From: Gammaproteobacteria bacterium
GTDB lineage: Bacteria > Pseudomonadota > Gammaproteobacteria > Steroidobacterales > JBCCMA01
Assembly (NCBI GenBank): GCA_045106455.1
Contig: JBGCEL010000022.1
Span: forward strand, 13,422 to 77,421
Direction: 5' to 3'
DNA length: 64,000 nt
Below, piece by piece: positions 1 through 9,934 of this stretch. How positions within the stretch are numbered: position 1 is the stretch's first letter; each line of letters starts with the position of its first letter. Position numbers and translations under genes: made by a program. Below the pieces are notes generated by a model that worked only from the letters and a program-made list of their open reading frames with translations, had not been told where the DNA came from and did no database searches.

Positions 1-1
1 T

Positions 2-1009
2 ATCGCCGCCAGCAAGATTGCGTTTGCCGATTCCGGGCTGTCGGTGGACACCACGCCGCCGGAACGCATCGGCATTGCGATTGGTTCTGGCATCGGTGGC
101 ATCACAACCATCGAACAAAACTACGAGAAATACCGCAGCAGTGGCACGCCGCGGAAAATTTCTCCCTTTTTCGTGCCGGGCAGCATCATCAATATGGTGG
201 CCGGGCAGGTATCAATCGACCTGGGACTCACCGGGCCGAATTTCTCGATTGTGACCGCCTGTACAACGGCGGCGCACAACATTGGCTTTGGCGCGCGCTG
301 CATTGCTTATGGTGATGCAGACGTCATGCTGACCGGTGGTGCCGAAATGGCGACGTCGGTGTTAGGCATGGGCGGCTTTAATTCAGCCAAAGCACTCTCG
401 ACGCGTAACGATGCACCGGCGGAGGCGAGTCGTCCCTGGGACGCCGATCGCGACGGCTTCGTGCTGGCAGACGGTGCCGGGTCGCTGGTGCTTGAAGAAT
501 GGGAGCACGCCAAGGCGCGCGGCGCCACCATTTATGCGGAGCTTCTGGGCTTTGGCATGAGCGGCGATGCCTATCACATCACCGCACCGGAAGAGAACGG
601 CGCGGGCGCCGCCTCCAGTATGGCCAGCGCATTGCGCGATGCCGGTTGTGCGCCATCGGACGTCGGTTACATTAATGCCCATGCCACCTCAACCATGCTC
701 GGCGACCGCGCCGAAGTGAAAGCGATTCGCAGTGTGTTTGGTGCGTCGGCGGACCAACTTGCGGTGAGTTCCACCAAGTCGGTGACGGGACACATGTTGG
801 GTGCGGCCGGAGCGGCGGAAGCGATCTTCTCGATCATGGCCCTGCGTGAACAGGTCCTGCCGCCCACCATCAATCTTCACTCGCCGGACCCGGAATGCAA
901 TCTGGACTTTGTGCCACTGACCGCACGCGACGCGTCGTTTGATAAAGCCGTTTCCAACTCCTTTGGTTTTGGCGGTACCAACGGCACGCTTGTGCTGGGG
1001 CGCGCGTAA
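2..1009 (+). CDS. fabF: 3-oxoacyl-ACP synthase II (KAS II), 5' end outside the window
   Basis: The frame is open to the window start. KAS motifs are present: active-site Cys in VTACTTAAH, then [13 protein letters not shown] and C-terminal [14 protein letters not shown]. Synteny with pabC-mltG-tmk-holB-pilZ supports the call. Confidence 0.88.
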   Translation: MAASKIAFADSGLSVDTTPPERIGIAIGSGIGGITTIEQNYEKYRSSGTPRKISPFFVPGSIINMVAGQVSIDLGLTGPNFSIVTACTTAAHNIGFGARCIAYGDADVMLTGGAEMATSVLGMGGFNSAKALSTRNDAPAEASRPWDADRDGFVLADGAGSLVLEEWEHAKARGATIYAELLGFGMSGDAYHITAPEENGAGAASSMASALRDAGCAPSDVGYINAHATSTMLGDRAEVKAIRSVFGASADQLAVSSTKSVTGHMLGAAGAAEAIFSIMALREQVLPPTINLHSPDPECNLDFVPLTARDASFDKAVSNSFGFGGTNGTLVLGRA

Positions 1010-1027
1010 GTAAAGGCGGCTGCCCGC

Positions 1028-2380
1028 ATGGCGTCAGAGGCGTCCAACACTCCGATCAACGTGACGGCGCTTACTGAGGTGCCGGACTTGCTGGCGCTGC
1101 ATGAAGCAGATCGCGAGCGTTTTCCTTTTCTGCTAGAAAGCGCGGCACAGGGCGGTTCGGCGTTGCGTACACTGGGCCAGTTCGACATTTTGTTTTGCGA
1201 GCCCGAGCAGGTCATTTGTGCCGATGCCGACACGGACTTCTTTGCCAGGCTCGATACGCTGGCACCCACGTCCCACCACCTAGACGACGAAACACCGGAC
1301 TTGCCATTTCGTGGCGGCTGGTTTGTGTTTGCAAGTTATGAGTTGGCCGGACAGGTCGAATCCGTTCTCGATTTGCCGCCAGAGCCATCGCTGCCGCTGG
1401 CGTTTGCTGCACGTGTGCGTTCGGCCGTCATTGTTTGTCGGCAGCGTGAACGTGCGTGGCTGGTGAGCGAACACGCCGGCAACAGCGAACTGCTCGAAAT
1501 TTTACGCGCGAGTACGACGTGGGCCGGCCGGCGCGAGAGCAGTGACGCACTGGTCACGCAAATTGAAGAGGACGCACCTGCGACCTATCTTGAGGCCGTG
1601 GTGCAGGCCAAAGAGTACATCGCCGCCGGCGATGTTTTTCAGGCTAATTTGTCACGTGAGTGGCGAGCATCACTGGCGCCGCACATTCAGGGGCATGATG
1701 TTTATCGACGTCTGCGTGAGACCAATCCCGCACCGTTCGCGGGTTTGATGTATTGGCAGGGACAGTATGTGTTGAGTTCCTCGCCAGAACGTTTGGCGCG
1801 TCTGGGCGAGGGGCGCATTGACACGCGCCCGATCGCCGGTACGCGGCCGCGTGGACACAATGCGCAGCATGATGAAGCACTGAGTGAACAATTGATTGAG
1901 CACCCCAAAGAGCGCGCCGAGCATGTGATGCTGATCGATCTTGAGCGCAATGATCTGGGTCGCGTGGCCCGCGCCGGCAGTGTGCGTGTGGATGAGTTTA
2001 TGGTGATCGAGAGTTATGCCCACGTGCATCATATTGTGTCGAACGTCAGCGGCGAACTGGATGAACACGTCGGCCCCGGCCAGGCGCTGCGTGCCGTGTA
2101 TCCGGGCGGCACCATTACCGGCTGCCCGAAAGTGCGCTGCATGGAAATTATTGCCGAACTTGAGCGAGCGCCCCGTGGCGCGTACACCGGCGCCATGGGT
2201 TATTTGAATCACGACGGCAGCGGCGATTTCAATATTCTGATTCGCACGGCAGTGTGCGACGATACGACGGTACGCTTCCGTGCCGGAGCGGGCATTGTAG
2301 CCGACTCGATACCGGAAGCAGAATTGCAGGAAACGCGCGCCAAAGCACGCGGCCTGCGTTTGGCGCTGTTGGCTTCGTAA
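1028..2380 (+). CDS. pabB: aminodeoxychorismate synthase component I
   Basis: 450-aa chorismate-binding fold (PGGTITGCPKVRCMEIIAELE, RGAYTGAMGY). The length and adjacency to pabC favour PabB over TrpE. Confidence 0.78.
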   Translation: MASEASNTPINVTALTEVPDLLALHEADRERFPFLLESAAQGGSALRTLGQFDILFCEPEQVICADADTDFFARLDTLAPTSHHLDDETPDLPFRGGWFVFASYELAGQVESVLDLPPEPSLPLAFAARVRSAVIVCRQRERAWLVSEHAGNSELLEILRASTTWAGRRESSDALVTQIEEDAPATYLEAVVQAKEYIAAGDVFQANLSREWRASLAPHIQGHDVYRRLRETNPAPFAGLMYWQGQYVLSSSPERLARLGEGRIDTRPIAGTRPRGHNAQHDEALSEQLIEHPKERAEHVMLIDLERNDLGRVARAGSVRVDEFMVIESYAHVHHIVSNVSGELDEHVGPGQALRAVYPGGTITGCPKVRCMEIIAELERAPRGAYTGAMGYLNHDGSGDFNILIRTAVCDDTTVRFRAGAGIVADSIPEAELQETRAKARGLRLALLAS

Positions 2381-2391
2381 AGGATCTGCGC

Positions 2392-3216
2392 ATGACCACA
2401 CGTTATTGGATTGATGGCGAACCGGGCGGCGACTGGCCGATCGATGATCGGGGCCTGCGCTACGCCGACGGTGTGTTTGAAACGATGCGCGTGGCGCACG
2501 GCGAGATCGCCCATTTCGCACGGCACTATCGGCGCCTTGAGCGCGGCTGTGGTGTGCTGGGTCTGGACGTCCCCAATCAGGAACGTCTGGAGCGCGACAT
2601 CTCGCTCATGGATCTGCCGCAGGACGCAGTGGTTAGGCTCACGGTGACGCGGGCCGGTGGCGGGCGCGGTTACACGCCCGAGGCCGCCAGCGGATCCAGG
2701 CGTCTGTGGGAGTTGCATGAGCACTCGGCCGCCCTCGCACAGTGGCAAGAGAACGGTATTGTTTTGCAGTGGCTCACCACAACACTTGGGGAGCAGCCGC
2801 TGCTGGCCGGCATCAAACATTTGGGCCGACTGGAGCAGGTCATGGCCGCGCGTGAGCTCGCGACGATGGACGCTGATGAAGGCTTGCTGTGCGACACCAG
2901 CGGCCACGTCGTTGAGGCGGTCAGTTCTAACGTCTTTGTGCGCAGCGGGCCGTTGCTTTTCACACCGCCGCTTGATCGCTGCGGGGTGGCGGGTATCGCG
3001 CGCGGACTCATTTTGGACAGTGGCGCCGCACTGGGTTTTGACATTCAGGAGAAGCGCTTGCGCCGCTCGGATATTGCACTGGCCGATGAGGTTTTTCTGA
3101 CCAACAGCGTGCGTGGCGCCCAGCCGGTGCGGCAGCTGGCCAGTGTCGCGTTCTCCGATTTCTCGGCGGCACAAGCCGTGCACGATATTTTGAGCGGGAG
3201 TGTACTGCTGCCGTGA
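2392..3216 (+). CDS. pabC: aminodeoxychorismate lyase (class IV aminotransferase fold)
   Basis: I chose the internal ATG at 2392, 11 nt after the pabB stop. The N-terminus DRGLRYADGVFET is typical of fold-type IV PLP enzymes. Length is 274 aa. Confidence 0.75.
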   Translation: MTTRYWIDGEPGGDWPIDDRGLRYADGVFETMRVAHGEIAHFARHYRRLERGCGVLGLDVPNQERLERDISLMDLPQDAVVRLTVTRAGGGRGYTPEAASGSRRLWELHEHSAALAQWQENGIVLQWLTTTLGEQPLLAGIKHLGRLEQVMAARELATMDADEGLLCDTSGHVVEAVSSNVFVRSGPLLFTPPLDRCGVAGIARGLILDSGAALGFDIQEKRLRRSDIALADEVFLTNSVRGAQPVRQLASVAFSDFSAAQAVHDILSGSVLLP

Positions 3217-4250
3217 TGGGTGCACGATTGAAAACACTGTTGCGCGCGCTTGGGGTGATCATCGTCCTGGCGGCTGTCGCCGTGACCGTTGCCGCGTGGC
3301 AAATCCAACAGCGCCTGGCACTCCCGGCCGTGCCCGGTGAGGCGCCGATAAGATTGGTGATTGAGCCGGGCATGAGTTTTCGCGCCATGGCCCGGCGTTT
3401 GGCGGAGCAGGGTGGCTATGCGCATCCACGTTTGCTGGCCTATTACGCGCGCTACAAACAACTCGCTGCCCGCGTTCAGGCGGGGGAATACGAATTGTCG
3501 CCGGGACTGTCGCTGGACCATTTGCTGGCGCAAGTCACCTCGGGCGAAGTGGTCACCTACTCTCTAACCGTGGTGGAAGGGTGGACGTTTCGTGAGTTTC
3601 GCGCGGCACTTGCCGCCACACCCACGGTGGACCAGACCCTCGATCCGCAGATGACCGCGGCGGCCGTCATGACGCAGCTGGGCATGAGCGGCATTCATCC
3701 GGAGGGGCGTTTTTTTCCGGATACTTACGTGTTTGCGCGGGACACGGCCGATACGGTGATACTGAAGCAGGCGGCGCAGGCCATGCAGACCAGACTCGAC
3801 GACATCTGGACGCAGCGCAGTCAGGATTGCCCGCTGGCATCGATGGACGAGGCGCTAATATTGGCGTCGATTATCGAGAAAGAAACGGGTCGGGCGGATG
3901 AGCGGCCACACATCGCCGGGGTGTTTTGCCGCCGACTCAAAAAAGGCATGCGTTTGCAAACGGATCCCACTGTGATCTACGGCTTGGGACCGACCTTCAA
4001 CGGCGACATCACGCGCCGCGATTTGCGCACCGACACACCTTACAATACCTACACCCGATCCGGACTACCGCCAACGCCGATTGCGTTGCCCGGCCAGGGC
4101 TCGCTGTCTGCGGCGGTCAATCCGCTGGAGGGCGAAACGCTGTATTTTGTCGCCACGGGTAAAGGTGATGGCAGCCATTATTTTTCGCGCACGCTGGCCG
4201 AACACGAGCAAGCGGTAGCACGGTATTTGAAAACACTACGGGCAAACTAG
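3213..4250 (+). CDS. mltG: endolytic murein transglycosylase MltG (YceG-like)
   Basis: N-terminal TM helix followed by a YceG domain (LASIIEKETG, DPTVIYGL, PYNTYT). The start overlaps the pabC stop. Confidence 0.85.
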   Translation: MMGARLKTLLRALGVIIVLAAVAVTVAAWQIQQRLALPAVPGEAPIRLVIEPGMSFRAMARRLAEQGGYAHPRLLAYYARYKQLAARVQAGEYELSPGLSLDHLLAQVTSGEVVTYSLTVVEGWTFREFRAALAATPTVDQTLDPQMTAAAVMTQLGMSGIHPEGRFFPDTYVFARDTADTVILKQAAQAMQTRLDDIWTQRSQDCPLASMDEALILASIIEKETGRADERPHIAGVFCRRLKKGMRLQTDPTVIYGLGPTFNGDITRRDLRTDTPYNTYTRSGLPPTPIALPGQGSLSAAVNPLEGETLYFVATGKGDGSHYFSRTLAEHEQAVARYLKTLRAN

Positions 4251-4906
4251 TGAGTCACGAAGACAAGCATTCGCGCGGTCGCTTTATTACCCTCGAGGGC
4301 ATCGAGGGTGCGGGCAAGAGCACCGTGATTGCGGAAATAGAACAGCAGCTGCATAAGCGTGACATCCAAACGCTGTGCACACGTGAACCCGGCGGCACCG
4401 GCATAGCCGAAGCCATACGCGAATTGGTGCTGGCACCGCGTGAGCACGAGGTGCTGCACCCACGTGCCGAACTGCTGCTGGTGTTTGCAGCGCGCGAACA
4501 GCATTTGGTGGAGGTCATACGTCCGGCGCTTGAGGCCGGCAATTGGGTGATCTGCGATCGTTTCACGGATGCGTCTTTCGCGTATCAGGGCGCGGGGCGT
4601 GGCATCGAAACCGAGCGCATTGAAGCGCTCGGTGAGTGGATACACGGCGATTTGTGGCCGGACCTGACCCTGCTTTTGGATGTGGATGTAGAGGTAGGTC
4701 TTGCGCGCGCGAAAAAGCGCTCCGAACCCGATCGCTTTGAGCGTGAAAAAAATGCCTTTTTTGATCGCGCTCGCGCCTGTTACAACGCGCGGGCGCAGGC
4801 CAATCCAGCGCGCTTTCGCCGCATCGATGCGTCCGCGACTTTGCCCGCGGTACGGGCGGCAACGCGCGACGCTATCAGCGAGTTTTGCGCGGAGATAGCG
4901 CGTTGA
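4250..4906 (+). CDS. tmk: thymidylate kinase
   Basis: P-loop LEGIEGAGKST, DRF motif, 218 aa. The GTG start overlaps the last base of the mltG stop codon. Confidence 0.9.
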   Translation: MSHEDKHSRGRFITLEGIEGAGKSTVIAEIEQQLHKRDIQTLCTREPGGTGIAEAIRELVLAPREHEVLHPRAELLLVFAAREQHLVEVIRPALEAGNWVICDRFTDASFAYQGAGRGIETERIEALGEWIHGDLWPDLTLLLDVDVEVGLARAKKRSEPDRFEREKNAFFDRARACYNARAQANPARFRRIDASATLPAVRAATRDAISEFCAEIAR

Positions 4907-4917
4907 TCAGCGCAACG

Positions 4918-5901
4918 ATGCCATGGCATGAAACGCCACTGTCGACCATCACAAGCGCGCTTGGCGAAGGACGTCTTGCGCATGGGTTGTTACTGCACGG
5001 CATGGCGGGTCTGGGCAAACGTACATTGGCGCGCCAGGTCGCGGCGGTGTGCTTGTGCGCCAACAGCACGGCTTGTGGCGACTGCCCGGCCTGTCACTGG
5101 GTGGCGGCCGATAACCATCCGGACTACTACCGCATTGAACCCGAAGAAGACAAACGCACCATTTCGGTCGATCAAATTCGTGCGCTGATTGGCAAGCTCA
5201 CGCTGTCGAGTCTCGCAACCGGCCGCAAGGTCGCATTAATTCAGCCCGCGGATGCGATGACGGAGGGCGCGGCCAACGCGCTGCTCAAAACGCTGGAAGA
5301 GCCCTCTGGCGATAGCGTGCTGATCCTCGTGGCGGATCGACTCTCGGCGCTGCCGGCCACGATATTGAGCCGCTGTCAGGGTGTGGCCGTCCCGCGGCCG
5401 GACACCGATGTCGGGATGGCGTGGCTGCGTTCAAAAGATAGCGCGAATCCGCACTGGCCCGGACTGCTGCGTTTAGCCAATGGCGCTCCGCTTGCCGCTC
5501 TGGCTCTGCACGAAGATGACTTTGGCAAGACCATCGAGTCGCTGTCGGCGGATCTGCGCGCGCTCAGCAGTTCGCAGGCCAACCCGGCAAGCATTGCGGC
5601 ACGCTGGGTAAAGGCGAACCCGGCACGTTGCCTCGAATGGCTGGCCAGACGCGTGTCCGATGTCATCCGAGTACGTTTTGGTGTCGCCGGCCGCGACGTG
5701 GCTCACAATTTGCGCCCTGAAGACTTGCCTGATGACCTGAATCAAATTAAGTTGAGTCGGCTATTCGACTACCTCGATCAGTTGCGTCGAGCTCAGCGAC
5801 AGTTAGATACGTCGTTGAATGCACAGCAACTGCTGGAGGCCGTTCTGGTGCCTTGGGCACTGCGTTTTCGATCTACACCACCACGACGTCGAGCAACATG
5901 A
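4918..5901 (+). CDS. holB: DNA polymerase III subunit delta prime
   Basis: Clamp-loader AAA+ fold with degenerate P-loop HGMAGLGKRTLA, Cys cluster CGDCPACHW and an SRC motif (ILSRCQ). I preferred ATG 4918 over TTG 4885. Confidence 0.8.
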   Translation: MPWHETPLSTITSALGEGRLAHGLLLHGMAGLGKRTLARQVAAVCLCANSTACGDCPACHWVAADNHPDYYRIEPEEDKRTISVDQIRALIGKLTLSSLATGRKVALIQPADAMTEGAANALLKTLEEPSGDSVLILVADRLSALPATILSRCQGVAVPRPDTDVGMAWLRSKDSANPHWPGLLRLANGAPLAALALHEDDFGKTIESLSADLRALSSSQANPASIAARWVKANPARCLEWLARRVSDVIRVRFGVAGRDVAHNLRPEDLPDDLNQIKLSRLFDYLDQLRRAQRQLDTSLNAQQLLEAVLVPWALRFRSTPPRRRAT

Positions 5902-6236
5902 GTAAACCTGGCCTTCTGACGCTAACCATCAAGGACAAAAGTGCGCTGTATCTGGCGTACATGCCGTTTGTGAACAACGGCGGTCTTTTTATCCCGACGG
6001 GCAGCACCTACCGACTTGGCGACGAGGTCTTCATGTTGCTGAATCTGATGGATGAGAACGAGAAGCTGCCTGTCGCGGGCCGCGTGGTCTGGATGACGCC
6101 CAAAGGGGCTCAGGGCAAGCGTACGGCCGGTATTGGCGTACAGTTCAGCGAACAGGACGGCGGCAATACGCAGCGCAAAATCGAGAATTATCTGGCCGGT
6201 GCGCTCTCAGGCGATAAGCCCACTCACACCATGTAA
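5898..6236 (+). CDS. pilZ: PilZ-domain protein (type IV pilus PilZ-like, lacks RxxxR motif)
   Basis: The ATG overlaps the holB stop (ATGA). This is a 112-aa PilZ fold in the same position downstream of tmk-holB as pilZ in Pseudomonas and Xanthomonas. No N-terminal RxxxR c-di-GMP motif is visible. Confidence 0.78.
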   Translation: MSKPGLLTLTIKDKSALYLAYMPFVNNGGLFIPTGSTYRLGDEVFMLLNLMDENEKLPVAGRVVWMTPKGAQGKRTAGIGVQFSEQDGGNTQRKIENYLAGALSGDKPTHTM

Positions 6237-6251
6237 GCCCTTGGCTTGCGG

Positions 6252-7307
6252 CTACTTGCCGTGATCCTGGGCCATCGTGAGCCCGCCTTCAAGCACATGC
6301 GTGGTGAAACCACGCTCGCTCAAGATATAAGCCCCTGCCGAGCTACGTCGGCCCGTATCGCAGCACACCACATACGGCGTATTCTTATCCAGTGTCTTGA
6401 GCTTCAGGCGAATGAAGTAAAGCGGAATGTTTACCGCATCCGGCTGGTGGAAATTGTCGTATTCGCTTGGCAGACGCACGTCCAGCCAGCGGCCACCGGC
6501 CGCAATAATCTGATTGGCCTGACTTAGGTTTACCCAATCGAGCATGGGTTCATTGAGCAGTTTGTTGAAGTGCTCCTTGGCCAGGCGCATCAGAACACCG
6601 TCGGTCAGCATAGTGACCGTCGCATTGCGTTTGGCCTCTGAAATCAGAGCTTCTTCGCCGAAGGTATCACCCGTACGCAGCTCGGCCAGCTTGATACCGT
6701 CTTTGTTCAACGGGGTCTCGCGCGTCACGGCGCACTTGCCTTCCGTGATTACGTAGAAAAAGTCGCCTTCATCGCCTTGTTTGATGACCAAGTCGCCGGC
6801 TTTGTAGGACACCCGCTGCATACGCATGAAGATGGCCTGAATATTGGCGGGCGGAATCTTGTGAAACGCTTTGGTCTGGAGGAGGGTGGTCATCCAGTCA
6901 TCGCTTTCGTTGGATTCCTCGTCCTGCAGCTCGCTGACCTCGTAAGACCCGGTCTGATCCCACGTGAGCATCACATCGAGCAGATCACTGTCGATGGCGA
7001 TGTATTCAATGTCCGTACGCGCTCGGGCGTTCACTTTACGCGGCAGCATAGGGGCAAGCGGGTGGCGTGCTTCTTCGCTACCGCCAGCGATGACCCGTAC
7101 CACTTTGGTTTCGGTGCGCAGCTCCACCTGGCCGGAGATCAAATAAATCGTGCGCTTTTCGCTGTCGCCTTCTTTGAACAAGAAGCGCCCACTACTCAGT
7201 GACTCCACCGACGTCTTTTTGACAAGCGCCTGCAGGTTTTCCGCCTTGAGGCCGTCGAGCGGCGTCAGGGTTTTAAGCAAATTTGGGTCGACCGGTTTAT
7301 TTGACAT
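6252..7307 (-). CDS. tandem cyclic-nucleotide-binding domain protein with C-terminal rhodanese domain
   Basis: Two cNMP-like beta-barrels are present; the second carries FGEEALISEAKRNATV. The C-terminal rhodanese has the active-site loop CCDTGRRSS. Confidence 0.75.
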   Translation of the reverse strand: MSNKPVDPNLLKTLTPLDGLKAENLQALVKKTSVESLSSGRFLFKEGDSEKRTIYLISGQVELRTETKVVRVIAGGSEEARHPLAPMLPRKVNARARTDIEYIAIDSDLLDVMLTWDQTGSYEVSELQDEESNESDDWMTTLLQTKAFHKIPPANIQAIFMRMQRVSYKAGDLVIKQGDEGDFFYVITEGKCAVTRETPLNKDGIKLAELRTGDTFGEEALISEAKRNATVTMLTDGVLMRLAKEHFNKLLNEPMLDWVNLSQANQIIAAGGRWLDVRLPSEYDNFHQPDAVNIPLYFIRLKLKTLDKNTPYVVCCDTGRRSSAGAYILSERGFTTHVLEGGLTMAQDHGK

Positions 7308-7454
7308 AATTTTTTTAAGACGCGGAAAACCTCGGAAATTCGGGGCCTTCAGCGCGATATCGCCGCGAGTCTAACATAGTACGCCGCGGCTCCCTATGAT
7401 CTGTATCACACTGGTTTAACGTACAAATGTTGATGCTCGAAGATGACCTGTTGC

Positions 7455-7862
7455 TCAGGACGACGGCGCTTCCGGCAAGGCCTTCTTCTGGCGATGTTCA
7501 TCCACATGCACGTAAATGAAATTCGCCGTTGCCACCTCGATATGCTGGCCCGGTTCGTTACCTGGCCTTTCGGCGTACACATTGACACGCACTTTAATAG
7601 ACGTGGTCCCGGTGTGCTCGATGTTGGTGAAAAAGGTGACCACATCACCGATGTAGACCGGGGCAACAAAGTCGAAGTCCTTTACCGCCACGGTGACCAC
7701 TTTGCCCTGCGCGCGGCGATAGGCGTGCGTGGCGCCGGCGATATCCGCATGGGACATTAACCAGCCGCCAAAGATGTCGCCCAACCAATTGGCATCAGCT
7801 GGCATCGCCATCGTGCGCACGGACGGCTCACCGTGGCGTGATTGTAGAAGTCGCGAAGGCAA
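7455..7862 (-). CDS. yciA: acyl-CoA thioesterase, YciA-type hotdog fold
   Basis: VRTMAMPADANWLGDIFGGWLMSHAD closely resembles the YciA N-terminus. Only the TTG at 7862 retains the conserved residues upstream of the first ATG. Confidence 0.78.
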   Translation of the reverse strand: MPSRLLQSRHGEPSVRTMAMPADANWLGDIFGGWLMSHADIAGATHAYRRAQGKVVTVAVKDFDFVAPVYIGDVVTFFTNIEHTGTTSIKVRVNVYAERPGNEPGQHIEVATANFIYVHVDEHRQKKALPEAPSS

Positions 7863-7864
7863 GG

Positions 7865-9931
7865 TTAGTGCTCGCGGTTTTCGCTGGCCAGCAGATGCGA
7901 CCAGTAATCGTCGGGTGCAAAGCGTTCGCCGTAGCGCCCGGCCAAATCATTCAGACGCGTCATGATGTTTTCAATGCCACGGTCGCGGGCGTACTGAATA
8001 GGACCGCCCGTGAAAGGTGCGAAGCCGGTGCCAAAGATCACGCCGCCATCGAGCAAATCGGCATCCTCAACAATGCCTTCGCGCAAACAAGCGGCCGCTT
8101 CATTCACAAACGGCAGTAGCATTCGATCGGTCAGATCCGCTGGCGCTGAATCAGACGGCGCTTTGGGTTTAACGGCTTTGCCTTTTTTCCATTCGTAGAA
8201 GCCACGACCGGTTTTCTTGCCCAATTCCTTGCGCTCAACCATTTCTGCCAGACGGTTAGGAATTTCCATTCCAAATTCTTTCGCAAACACGTTCGCCACG
8301 TGCAGGCATACGTCCAGTCCCACAGTGTCGGCCAGTTCGACCGGCCCCATGGGCATGCCGAATTTCACGGCCGCTTTATCGATGGAGGCCAGCGGTATGC
8401 CCTCGCCACCAATGCGCATCGCCTCAATCATGTAGGGAAACAAAATGCGATTGACGACAAAACCCGGTGCACTACGACACGGCAGCGGTAGCCGTCCGAT
8501 TTTTTTCGCAAACGCCAGGCCTTTCTCTACTTCCACAGGATCGGTGCTGTCGCCGTGAATCACTTCCACTAGCGGCATTTTGGCCACCGGATTGAAGAAA
8601 TGCAGTCCGATCAGTCGTTCCGGGCGGTACAGTGCGGTCGCGAGCTCTTCGAGCCGAATGCTTGAAGTATTGGTGGCAAGAATGGCATCGGGCTTCATGC
8701 GCGGCTCAAGCGTTTTATACAGCGCCTGCTTTGCTTCCGTGTTTTCGTAAATCGCCTCGATGACGACATCAGCATTGTCGACACCTTCGCCCGCCACGTC
8801 CGGCATCAGCCGATCTGCGGCCGCTTGTGTCAGGTGCGAGCGGCGCAGCTTTTTCTTGAACAAAGCGTGCGCGCGTTTGATTGCAGGACCTATGTATTTG
8901 GGTTCGCGATCCTGCAGCGTGACGGTCATACCGCGCAGCGCACACCATGCGGCGATATCGCCGCCCATGACGCCGGCGCCAATAACGTGCACGTGTCTGG
9001 GTTTGAAGTCGCGATTCGTGGCCAGACCCTTGAGTCGATCCTGCAGCTGGAACACACGCACGAGATTGCGCGATGCCGGCGTCATCATGAGCCGAGCGAT
9101 AGACCGCGCTTCTTTTTCGTACATGAGCTGCGGATCCCACGCGTATTCTTTCCACAGATCGATAATGGCGTAGGGCGCAGGGTAGTGTTCTTTGCGCGCT
9201 TTTTTCGCGACTTCCCGCTGCGACATTTTGGCCACCAGCGGGCGCATGACGCCGCTGTTCATGGCTTTTTCTTTGGTGCCGAGTTTTTTGCGCGCCGGGG
9301 GCTTAAGCGCCATCTGCGTGGCGGCACGATGCAAATGTCGACGCGCGACCACCTGATCCACCAGACCGATTTTTTTCGCTGACCGCGGGCGCAGCCCACG
9401 ACCGGTGAGCATCATGTCCAGCGCTGCCTGTGGTCCCACAAGGCGAGTACTGCGCACGGTGCCACCAAAGCCCGGGTGAATGCCGAGTTTTACTTCCGGC
9501 AGGCCAAGGCGCGCCGAGTCTTCGTCCACGACAATGCGATGATCGCAGGCAAGCGCCAGTTCCAAACCGCCGCCAAGACAAAAGCCGTTGATCAGTGCGA
9601 TGGTGGGGATCTTCAGCGCCTCGAGGCGATCGAACACGCGCTGACCGTTGCGGATCATTTCGTAGGCTTGGTCTTCATCATCCAGCTGCGTGAATTCATT
9701 GATGTCCGCGCCGGCAATGAAACCCGATTTTTTCATCGAGTGAATAATCAGAGCGCGCGGCGGGTTGGCCTCAATCTCGGCCAGCTGGTCGTTAAGCTGG
9801 GACATGACGTCCGCCGACAGCACGTTGGCTGAGCTGTCCGCTTTGTCGAAACCCAGCCAGCCGATGTTGTGGTCGTCGGAGGTCAGGTGCCAGTGATTGG
9901 CCGCGTCGTTCATGGCTTGGTTCTCGTCCAT
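7865..9931 (-). CDS. fatty-acid oxidation complex alpha subunit (enoyl-CoA hydratase / 3-hydroxyacyl-CoA dehydrogenase), FadJ/FadB-like
   Basis: 688 aa. N-terminal crotonase domain (GFIAGADINEF, GGGLELALAC), then an NAD-binding HVIGAGVMGGDIA Rossmann fold and 3HCDH C-terminal domains. Confidence 0.85.
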   Translation of the reverse strand: MDENQAMNDAANHWHLTSDDHNIGWLGFDKADSSANVLSADVMSQLNDQLAEIEANPPRALIIHSMKKSGFIAGADINEFTQLDDEDQAYEMIRNGQRVFDRLEALKIPTIALINGFCLGGGLELALACDHRIVVDEDSARLGLPEVKLGIHPGFGGTVRSTRLVGPQAALDMMLTGRGLRPRSAKKIGLVDQVVARRHLHRAATQMALKPPARKKLGTKEKAMNSGVMRPLVAKMSQREVAKKARKEHYPAPYAIIDLWKEYAWDPQLMYEKEARSIARLMMTPASRNLVRVFQLQDRLKGLATNRDFKPRHVHVIGAGVMGGDIAAWCALRGMTVTLQDREPKYIGPAIKRAHALFKKKLRRSHLTQAAADRLMPDVAGEGVDNADVVIEAIYENTEAKQALYKTLEPRMKPDAILATNTSSIRLEELATALYRPERLIGLHFFNPVAKMPLVEVIHGDSTDPVEVEKGLAFAKKIGRLPLPCRSAPGFVVNRILFPYMIEAMRIGGEGIPLASIDKAAVKFGMPMGPVELADTVGLDVCLHVANVFAKEFGMEIPNRLAEMVERKELGKKTGRGFYEWKKGKAVKPKAPSDSAPADLTDRMLLPFVNEAAACLREGIVEDADLLDGGVIFGTGFAPFTGGPIQYARDRGIENIMTRLNDLAGRYGERFAPDDYWSHLLASENREH

Positions 9932-9934
9932 TGG

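Noticed and set aside
1670-3237. Long antisense ORFs (283 aa at 1670-2521 and 342 aa at 2209-3237) opposite pabB/pabC.
   Set aside because: These are Arg/Ala/Gly-rich, low-complexity translations typical of shadow frames in GC-rich DNA. The sense-strand genes have clear family motifs.
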